Source: a virus. Taken from it: a stretch of DNA of 64,000 bases. Below the pieces are notes generated by a model. That model had not been told where the DNA came from. It worked only from the letters and a program-made list of their open reading frames with translations, and searched no databases. The stretch is taken from the IMG/VR virus record IMGVR_UViG_3300021961_000023; one strand, given 5' to 3'. The position numbers and the translations under genes were made by a program. Of this stretch, positions 20,607-28,185 are shown piece by piece (within the stretch, counting starts at the first letter, position 1; the number at the start of each line of letters is the position of its first letter).

Positions 20607-22268
20607 ATGGCGGCACCAGTTCTACAGTTTAGAAGAGGTCTTCTCGCAAACCTACCAGCTTTGAGAGCAGGTGAGCCTGGTTTTGCGACTGATAGTTACG
20701 ATATCTTTGTCGGACTAACCTCTCAATCTGGAAATAATAAGTTTTTTGGTTCTGCTCGTTACTGGAACAAAGAAACCTCAACTGTTGGAAGTTCAGTTAG
20801 AGTTGTTGAGGGAACCAATAACGGTGCAAACTATATTGCACTTAAATCACCAGATTCCCTCGCAGGAGATGTAACTTACACTCTACCTGGAACCATTACT
20901 GCAGGAAACTACTTGACAGTAGATGGTACTGGTCAGCTAAGTTGGGTTAACCTGACTGCTGCTGGCGCTGCTTTTACAGGCGCAACTCTTGACAATACTT
21001 TAATCACTGGCGTAACCACTATAAGTGGAAGTATAAACAGCAGTGCAAACTCCACATTTTCTGGTATAACGACGTTTACAAATACAACAGATAATACCTT
21101 AGGAGACGAAAATACTGGAGCTGTTCAACTTGATGGCGGTATGGGTATCGCCAAGAACCTCACAGTTAAACAGAATCTTCATGTTGGTGGATATTCTGAG
21201 TTTGTTGGTGTTGTAACGTTTAAAGGTGGAACAATCAATCTTGGTGATGCAAATACAGACGACATTAATGTTGCGGGTGAGTTTATCTCAAGTTTGAATC
21301 CAAATGCTGATGCTACCTATGACATTGGTGATGGAGCAAACACTAAGAGATGGAGACATGCAAGTTTTTCTGGAGTAGGAACTTTTGCAACTGGTGCTGT
21401 CGTAGATGCTATTCAGATTGGTATTACTGCAGCATCAGAGATTGATACTTCAAGTGGGGATCTTACATTAGATTCTGCTACTGGAACTACAAACATCGAT
21501 GATAACTTAGTTGTAACTGGTGATGTTAGAATCAATGGTAACGACATCCAAGCAAGTGACGGAAATACAAATATAACTCTTACATCTAATACATTAACAA
21601 CTTTTGCTGGTGATATTAGAGTTAACGGCAATGACATTCAGGCATCTGATGGTAACACCAACATCACGATGACCTCCAATACCTTAACTTCTGTTGCAGG
21701 TGATCTTAAGGTTGGTGGTAATGATATTCAAGCATCGGATGGTAATACCAACATCACGATGACTTCAAACACTTTGACAACCCTTGCAGGTGATTTAAAG
21801 ATTAATGGTAATGATATTCAATCAAGTGCTGGTAATACAGTTATTACACTTGCAAACGATGATGCCACTTTTGCAAGTGATGTAACAGTTGGTGGAAACC
21901 TTTATGTTAATGGATCAACAACTCAAGTTAATACAACTTCATTAACTGTTGAAGATAGTTTGATTGAACTTGGATTTGTTGATGGTGTTGCACCTACCTC
22001 AGATCTAAACAAAGATCTTGGACTATTATTTAACTATTATACTACATCAGCTAAAAAGGCGGCAGTATATTGGGATGATTCAACACTAAGAATAGTTGTT
22101 GCTTCTGAAGTTTCTGAATCTACTGGCGTTTTGACTCCTACAACTTATGCAGATTTTGAGATTGGTTCACTTTATGTAAACGATTGTGCAGGAAGTAGTA
22201 AAGTTATTACTTGTACTGGAAGCGAAAGACTATTAGAAAACATCACAATCGACGGTGGTGCATTCTGA
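20607..22268 (+). CDS. Tail fibre-like protein with 30-aa tandem repeats
   Basis: N-terminal LQFRRG...L.AGEPGF (fibre N-terminal motif), GAVQLDGGMGIAKNLTV, VGGNLYVNGSTTQVNT, C-terminal IDGGAF. Confidence 0.75.
   Translation: MAAPVLQFRRGLLANLPALRAGEPGFATDSYDIFVGLTSQSGNNKFFGSARYWNKETSTVGSSVRVVEGTNNGANYIALKSPDSLAGDVTYTLPGTITAGNYLTVDGTGQLSWVNLTAAGAAFTGATLDNTLITGVTTISGSINSSANSTFSGITTFTNTTDNTLGDENTGAVQLDGGMGIAKNLTVKQNLHVGGYSEFVGVVTFKGGTINLGDANTDDINVAGEFISSLNPNADATYDIGDGANTKRWRHASFSGVGTFATGAVVDAIQIGITAASEIDTSSGDLTLDSATGTTNIDDNLVVTGDVRINGNDIQASDGNTNITLTSNTLTTFAGDIRVNGNDIQASDGNTNITMTSNTLTSVAGDLKVGGNDIQASDGNTNITMTSNTLTTLAGDLKINGNDIQSSAGNTVITLANDDATFASDVTVGGNLYVNGSTTQVNTTSLTVEDSLIELGFVDGVAPTSDLNKDLGLLFNYYTTSAKKAAVYWDDSTLRIVVASEVSESTGVLTPTTYADFEIGSLYVNDCAGSSKVITCTGSERLLENITIDGGAF
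21516..21872 (+). repeat. Four in-frame 90-bp (30-aa) tandem repeats
   Basis: Units start at 21516, 21606, 21696 and 21786; consensus xGD[VIL][RK][IV]xGNDIQASDGNTNIT[LM]TSNTLT. Confidence 0.9.
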
Positions 22269-22292
22269 TTAAAATAAAAAATCTAAATAAGA

Positions 22293-22314
22293 GGGTGGGT
22301 AACCACCCCTTTTT
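22293..22314 (+). terminator. Rho-independent terminator
   Basis: GGGTGG-GTAA-CCACCC followed by CTTTTT. Confidence 0.75.
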
Positions 22315-22328
22315 AGTAGGTAAGTGAA

Positions 22329-22535
22329 ATGACTGAACAAGATCTTCAATATTTACTTAAAGTATATCAAGATAAATCCTTTGATCTTTTTTCTCAAACT
22401 ATTGCATTGCAAGCAAAAGTTAATAAGATTTTGGAAGTGAATGCAGAACTTGGAAAAAGAGTTCAAGAACAACAAGAAGAAATTCAGAAACTAGAGTCTA
22501 GATTATCTCGGAAGAAACCAAATGAAAACGTTTAG
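22329..22535 (+). CDS. Small coiled-coil hypothetical protein
   Basis: ORF downstream of late promoter; heptad pattern. Confidence 0.7.
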   Translation: MTEQDLQYLLKVYQDKSFDLFSQTIALQAKVNKILEVNAELGKRVQEQQEEIQKLESRLSRKKPNENV

Positions 22536-22677
22536 ACAGTTTCAAGAGGAGTGGTCAAATAAATATAAAAAGAGTATTGATTGCTCTAATCCAAAAGGAT
22601 TTTCTCAACGTGCTCATTGTGCAGCGAGAACAAAGAGAGCATCAGGACAACAAACCAAATCAAAACCAGTGGAATGA
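22522..22677 (+). CDS. 51-aa basic peptide, putative internal head protein (not in ORF track)
   Basis: Hand translation MKTFRQFQEEWSNKYKKSIDCSNPKGFSQRAHCAARTKRASGQQTKSKPVE; its stop overlaps the next ATG (ATGA). Confidence 0.75.
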   Translation: MKTFRQFQEEWSNKYKKSIDCSNPKGFSQRAHCAARTKRASGQQTKSKPVE

Positions 22678-24458
22678 AATATCAAAAGTTTTCTCATAAA
22701 ACACCACACCTTAAGGGTAAGCAACATCAGTTGGATCCAAATTTGGATCTGAAGCAACTTGTCCATCATGCAACTGTTCAGTATGTTGATCGTGATGCAG
22801 ACGGTGATGTGGATGTTTATGACACCCCCAAGAAAAAAACTCCAGATGAGAATCCTGTTGGAGACTATGTATCGAAGTCTAAAAAACTGATTGCAAAACA
22901 AAAGGGTGAAATCAAACATACCAAAAGAGGTATGGCTTTTGAAGAAAAGGAGAACGGTCGTTGTAAATCAGGTCATTACTATTGCTATACAGATAAAAAA
23001 TGCAAACCAATTCCTTCTGGATTTATGGTAGATCCAGAAGGAATGCTCCGCAAGGAAAATGGACATTCAGTTGATGATGTCAATGAAGAAGGGCTTCGTG
23101 ACTGGTTTGGCAAATCAAAATCAAAAGATGGAAAATCTGGATGGGTAAATGTCGTAACTGGTGGTACTTGCGCTAGTGATGAACCTGGAGAAGGAACTCC
23201 AAAATGCGTTTCTTCAGCAAAAAGAGCAAGTATGACTAAAGCAGAAAGGTTATCTGCGGCAAGAAGAAAAAAAGCAGCTGATCCTGGTCAGCAACAAAAA
23301 ACTGGTGCTGCAAAACCAACATATGTTTCAACTGATAAACCAAAGAAAAAAATGAACGAAGCAAAAGAAAAAGATCATGAATATTCAATGGCTCGTTCAG
23401 AACTTTCTACGATCATGAACGCTGCTAAAAGACTTAAATCCAAAATGAAAGGTGAAGGTAATATTGAGGCATGGGTTCAATCAAAAATCACTAAAGCAGC
23501 AGATTACTTAGATGCTGCAGCTGACTATGTTGACAGTGGAGAAATGAATGAAGAAGCAGATAAATCAGGAAAGTCTAGTGGTAAAAAAGACGCTTGCTAC
23601 CACAAAGTCAAATCTCGTTATAGAGTTTGGCCAAGTGCATACGCTTCAGGTGCCCTTGTAAAGTGTCGCAAAGTTGGTGCTGATAGTTGGGGTACAAAAT
23701 CAGAATCAATCACCATTGAAACCGCAGACGGTAGGACATACGCTGAGTTTATTGATATCATTGGATCTGAAGAAATGCTAGAGGCAGCAAAAAAATGCTG
23801 GCCTGGTTACAAAAAAACAGGGACACAAAAACTCTTCGGCAAAACTTATAATCGTTGCGTAAAAGAAGATGAGCATGAAAAAGAAGAAAAAATAGAATGT
23901 TCTCATACAAAGAAAGGCATTCAATGTCCTATTCATGGAGAAGATGAGTGTCCATTAGTTAAAGGAATGAAACAAGAAGTTGATGAAGCAGTAAGAATTC
24001 CTGCAAAAACTGGCAATATTATTCTTGTAACTCTTTCCTGGAGAGGAAAAGTTTACATGATTAAGATGTTTTTCCCTCAGGTTTCTAAACCAAGCAGAAG
24101 TGATGTTCAACTTCAGATTGATAAAGTTTATCCTGGGGCAAGAGTTAACTCATATTACATTTCAGAAATAAAACCTGGAGAACAGTTTTTACAAACTGAG
24201 GATTGGCAATCAGTTAATCGTAAAGACAAAACTGATGGTTTAAGTCAAAAAGCAGTTGATGCTTATCGTAGCGAAAATCCAGGTTCAAAACTTCAGACTG
24301 CAGTGACAGAAAAGAAACCAGAAGGTAAAAGAGCGAAACGTCGTGCTTCTTTCTGTCGTCGTATGAAAGGAATGAAATCAAAACTAACTAGTGCAAAAAC
24401 TGCACGAGATCCAGATTCAAGAATCAACAAAGCACTCCGTCGTTGGAACTGTAACTAA
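22674..24458 (+). CDS. Modular basic/Cys-rich protein, putative internal head polyprotein
   Basis: ATG at 22674 is translationally coupled to the upstream ORF (preferred over TTG 22617); string of small basic modules separated by hydrophobic-X-E linkers. Confidence 0.75.
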   Translation: MKYQKFSHKTPHLKGKQHQLDPNLDLKQLVHHATVQYVDRDADGDVDVYDTPKKKTPDENPVGDYVSKSKKLIAKQKGEIKHTKRGMAFEEKENGRCKSGHYYCYTDKKCKPIPSGFMVDPEGMLRKENGHSVDDVNEEGLRDWFGKSKSKDGKSGWVNVVTGGTCASDEPGEGTPKCVSSAKRASMTKAERLSAARRKKAADPGQQQKTGAAKPTYVSTDKPKKKMNEAKEKDHEYSMARSELSTIMNAAKRLKSKMKGEGNIEAWVQSKITKAADYLDAAADYVDSGEMNEEADKSGKSSGKKDACYHKVKSRYRVWPSAYASGALVKCRKVGADSWGTKSESITIETADGRTYAEFIDIIGSEEMLEAAKKCWPGYKKTGTQKLFGKTYNRCVKEDEHEKEEKIECSHTKKGIQCPIHGEDECPLVKGMKQEVDEAVRIPAKTGNIILVTLSWRGKVYMIKMFFPQVSKPSRSDVQLQIDKVYPGARVNSYYISEIKPGEQFLQTEDWQSVNRKDKTDGLSQKAVDAYRSENPGSKLQTAVTEKKPEGKRAKRRASFCRRMKGMKSKLTSAKTARDPDSRINKALRRWNCN

Positions 24459-24775
24459 TGAAAAGTTTTAAGCAATTCTTATCAGAGTCAGTAAATATCT
24501 CTGGTGATTTCAATGGAAACTTGTATATAAACTCTCAACCAGAAGAACCACAACAGGTTGGAGAGAGTTATGCTGCTGATGTTATGTGGCAGGGTAGCAT
24601 CTACAGATTAGAGTTAATAACTAAATCTGGACTGCCAACTAAACAAGAACTAGGTGAACAACTTCAAGGAGAATATCCTGGTGCAGTTGTGCAACAAATT
24701 TATCCAGCAATGGAAAAAAATCAAAATATTACAAATATAAAAAGATACCATCCATCAAAGTTAGAGTGGATTTGA
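24458..24775 (+). CDS. Hypothetical protein with capsid-targeting-like N-terminus
   Basis: MKSFKQFLSE N-terminus; YPGA domain paralogous to a module in the upstream ORF. Confidence 0.8.
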   Translation: MKSFKQFLSESVNISGDFNGNLYINSQPEEPQQVGESYAADVMWQGSIYRLELITKSGLPTKQELGEQLQGEYPGAVVQQIYPAMEKNQNITNIKRYHPSKLEWI

Positions 24776-24779
24776 TTTT

Positions 24780-26219
24780 ATGGCACAGTGGAATATACAG
24801 ATTCAAGATTATTTAAATCAAGAAAGATCTTTATTTGAAGTTGTTGGAGTTGCTTCCAGTGATGGGCAAATTATTAGTATTGAAAATCCATTTCCAGTTA
24901 CGGGTACTATTGGAATACAAACTGGATCGGGCTTAATTATTAATCCAGATACCACATCATATGATGCTTTTGGTAGACAAAGAATTTCTGAACCATTTAC
25001 CCTTGGTGATTATAAACATCTATATGCTATTGATACTAATTTTATAGACAGTTCATCAGGAGCTGGTTCAACAGTTTCGTTGATACCAAACCAAGCAGCA
25101 GCAAGATTACAAACGGGTATTGGAAGTACAGCATTTTGTATTCATCAAACAAAGTTTTATCATCACTATCAACCAGGAAAATCACAACTAATTTTTAGTT
25201 CTTTTAATTTCTATGCACCTCAGCAAAATGCAACAAAAAGAACTGGATATTTTGATGATAGAGATGGTATTTACTTAGAGCAAGTAGGTCTTAACACATC
25301 TAATGGTATTAACGCTGGTATAGGAACCTATAACTGGGTCATCAGAACTTTTACAAGTGGTATTGCAACTGAAACAAGAATTCCACAATCACAATGGAAT
25401 AAAGATAAGTGTGATGGAACTGGTACTTCTGGTTTCAATGCCGACTTTACAAAAACTCAACTAGCATTTATTGATTTTCAGTGGTTAGGTGTTGGTAGAG
25501 TTCGTTGTGGTTTTGCTCATGATGGAAAATTAATTACAGCACATGAATTTTATCACTCAAACAATAATCCAAATGTTTATATTTCAAATCCAAACCTACC
25601 AGTTCGTTGTGAAATAAGAAATACTGGTGTAGGTATTGGAGCATCGTTTGATCAAATCTGCTCTACTGTTGCTAGTGAAGGTGGATATGTAGAAAGCGGT
25701 GTTGATTTTGCATATACGATGGAAACTACACGAACAGTCGTAGCTCCAGGTGGAACAGAACTCCCACTAGTTGCAATTCGTCTCAAAAATAATTTCCAAG
25801 GATATCCAAACAGAATATCAGTTAGATTAAATAATATTTCTCTTTATGCGGAGACTAATAGTATTGTTTATAAAATAGTTAAACTTCCAAGCACTGCTTA
25901 TATTGGACTAACCACTTTAGGTAGTGGAACTATTTGGACTTCTGCTTCTGCTAATAGTGGAGTTGAATATTGCACTAACGCTACAGTTTATAGTGATGGT
26001 GATGTGTTTGCTTCTGGATATGTACCATCAGGCGCATCTCAGAACTCATTGTCTCCAGTTGCATCTGGGGCACTTACATCAGCAAAGAAAAACATTATTG
26101 TTCAAAATATTGACTCAACAAATTCAGAAATTTACGCAATTATTGTAAGAACAGTATCAACTAGTGTTGGTGCCGTTGCCCAAGTAGCAGCTTCACTTCA
26201 GTGGAGAGAAATTTATTAA
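24780..26219 (+). CDS. Putative virion structural protein (beta-rich)
   Basis: DAFGRQRISEPFTL, YQPGKSQ, IDFQWLGVGRVRCGF, LPVRCEI motifs; late cluster. Confidence 0.65.
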   Translation: MAQWNIQIQDYLNQERSLFEVVGVASSDGQIISIENPFPVTGTIGIQTGSGLIINPDTTSYDAFGRQRISEPFTLGDYKHLYAIDTNFIDSSSGAGSTVSLIPNQAAARLQTGIGSTAFCIHQTKFYHHYQPGKSQLIFSSFNFYAPQQNATKRTGYFDDRDGIYLEQVGLNTSNGINAGIGTYNWVIRTFTSGIATETRIPQSQWNKDKCDGTGTSGFNADFTKTQLAFIDFQWLGVGRVRCGFAHDGKLITAHEFYHSNNNPNVYISNPNLPVRCEIRNTGVGIGASFDQICSTVASEGGYVESGVDFAYTMETTRTVVAPGGTELPLVAIRLKNNFQGYPNRISVRLNNISLYAETNSIVYKIVKLPSTAYIGLTTLGSGTIWTSASANSGVEYCTNATVYSDGDVFASGYVPSGASQNSLSPVASGALTSAKKNIIVQNIDSTNSEIYAIIVRTVSTSVGAVAQVAASLQWREIY

Positions 26220-26228
26220 GGTGAAAAT

Positions 26229-27872
26229 ATGAGTGAAGTTTATCTTGGTAATCCAAATCTTAAAAAAGCAAATACTGTAATTGAGTTTAGTGAAGATCAG
26301 ATTCTTGAATTTATTAAATGTAAAAATAATCCAGTATACTTTGCAAAAAACTATGTAAAGATTGTAACTCTTGATCATGGTTTACAACCTTTTGAGATGT
26401 ATCCCTTTCAAGAGAAATTGATTCGTAACTTCCATGATCACAGATTTAATATCTGTAAGATGCCTAGACAAACAGGTAAGTCAACAACTTGTGTTTCTTA
26501 TCTATTACATTATGCGGTTTTTAATGACAATATCAATATTGCTATTCTTGCAAATAAAGCATCAACTGCAAGAGATCTTTTAAGTAGGTTACAACTTGCG
26601 TATGAAAACTTGCCTAAGTGGATGCAACAAGGTATCTTATCATGGAATAAAGGTTCTTTAGAGTTAGAAAATGGCAGTAAGATATTGGCAGCTTCTACAT
26701 CTGCGAGTGCTGTCCGAGGCGGTTCATATAATGTCATCTTCCTCGACGAGTTCGCTTTCATTCCAAACCATATTGCAGACCAATTCTTTGCATCTGTTTA
26801 TCCTACTATTTCTTCTGGTAAGAGCACAAAAGTTATCATAGTTTCAACTCCACACGGTATGAATCATTTCTACCGTATGTGGCATGATGCAGAAAAAGGA
26901 GCAAATGAATATATTCCAACTGATGTTCATTGGACTGAAGTGCCAGGAAGAGACTTGGAGTGGAAAAGGCAGACGATTGCAAACACATCTGAGCAACAGT
27001 TTAAAGTTGAGTTTGAATGTGAGTTTTTAGGTTCAGTTGATACTCTGATTGCACCAAGTAAACTAAGATCGTTGGTATATGAAAATCCTAAAACTGGAAA
27101 TGCTGGGTTGGATGTCTATGAAGATCCTATTGATAACCATGATTATATTATTACTGTTGACGTTGCCCGTGGAGTTGGTATCGACTATTCTGCTTTTGTT
27201 GTTATAGATATTACAACATTTCCTCATAAAGTTGTTGCAAAATATAGAAATAATGAAATCAAACCTATGTTATTTCCAAATGTAATTTGGGAAATAGCAA
27301 AATCATATAATCAGGCATTTATCTTATGTGAAGTAAATGATGTTGGTGATCAAGTAGCATCTATTCTTCAATATGATTTAGAGTATCAAAATCTTCTTAT
27401 GTGTTCAATGAGAGGAAGAGCAGGTCAAATTGTTGGACAAGGATTTTCAGGCAAAAAAACTCAACTTGGTGTCAAGATGAGTAAGACTGTCAAAAAAGTT
27501 GGAGCACTCAATCTAAAAACAATGATTGAGGAAGACAAGTTATTGATTAATGATTATGAAATCATTTCAGAACTTACAACTTTTATTCAAAAAAATAACT
27601 CGTTTGAAGCAGAAGATGGATGTAATGATGACCTAGCAATGTGTCTTGTAATCTATGCGTGGTTAGTAGCTCAAGATTATTTTAAAGAACTGACCGATCA
27701 AGATGTTCGCAAAAGACTTTATGAGGAGCAAAAAAATCAAATAGAACAAGATATGGCACCATTTGGATTTGTTTCAGATGGTTTAGATAATCCTAGTTTT
27801 GTAGACTCTGATGGAGATAGGTGGTTTGCTGATGAATATGGAGATAGATCATTTATGTGGGAGTATTTGTGA
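26229..27872 (+). CDS. gp17: Terminase large subunit gp17
   Basis: PRQTGKST Walker A, IFLDEFAF Walker B, IVSTPHG, DVARG, NDDLAM nuclease motifs. Confidence 0.97.
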   Translation: MSEVYLGNPNLKKANTVIEFSEDQILEFIKCKNNPVYFAKNYVKIVTLDHGLQPFEMYPFQEKLIRNFHDHRFNICKMPRQTGKSTTCVSYLLHYAVFNDNINIAILANKASTARDLLSRLQLAYENLPKWMQQGILSWNKGSLELENGSKILAASTSASAVRGGSYNVIFLDEFAFIPNHIADQFFASVYPTISSGKSTKVIIVSTPHGMNHFYRMWHDAEKGANEYIPTDVHWTEVPGRDLEWKRQTIANTSEQQFKVEFECEFLGSVDTLIAPSKLRSLVYENPKTGNAGLDVYEDPIDNHDYIITVDVARGVGIDYSAFVVIDITTFPHKVVAKYRNNEIKPMLFPNVIWEIAKSYNQAFILCEVNDVGDQVASILQYDLEYQNLLMCSMRGRAGQIVGQGFSGKKTQLGVKMSKTVKKVGALNLKTMIEEDKLLINDYEIISELTTFIQKNNSFEAEDGCNDDLAMCLVIYAWLVAQDYFKELTDQDVRKRLYEEQKNQIEQDMAPFGFVSDGLDNPSFVDSDGDRWFADEYGDRSFMWEYL

Positions 27873-28102
27873 TGGATTTGGATAAGCAACTAAAACTAGG
27901 ACATCTACTACTAAACGAAAGAAGATGTAGAGTTTGTGGAGAGTTTAAAGATCTTATTGATGGTTTTTATCGAACTCGTAAAGATAAAGGACCAGTAGCA
28001 TCATCGTATTCATATGAATGTAAAGACTGCACAAAAAAGAGAGTTGTTGTATCTAGAATGACAACTAGAATACTTGATAGATGGGAATATCCTGACTGGT
28101 AG
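27872..28102 (+). CDS. Small Zn-ribbon protein (CxxC...CxxC)
   Basis: CRVC and CKDC; ATG overlaps the gp17 stop. Confidence 0.7.
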   Translation: MDLDKQLKLGHLLLNERRCRVCGEFKDLIDGFYRTRKDKGPVASSYSYECKDCTKKRVVVSRMTTRILDRWEYPDW

Positions 28103-28185
28103 TGTTCACGTCAAGTTTTCTCCCCTGAAACTTAATATTTTAATAAATATTTTTAGTTAAACTGAAATCTCAGGAGACAACAAAC

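Noticed and set aside
20607-22268. Possible diversity-generating retroelement target (fibre with Mtd-like N-terminus and repeats)
   Set aside because: No reverse transcriptase or adenine-specific TR/VR pair seen; repeats differ at synonymous sites
22617-22673. TTG start giving the 613-aa version of the modular ORF
   Set aside because: Overlaps the credible 51-aa ORF; ATG 22674 is translationally coupled and more plausible
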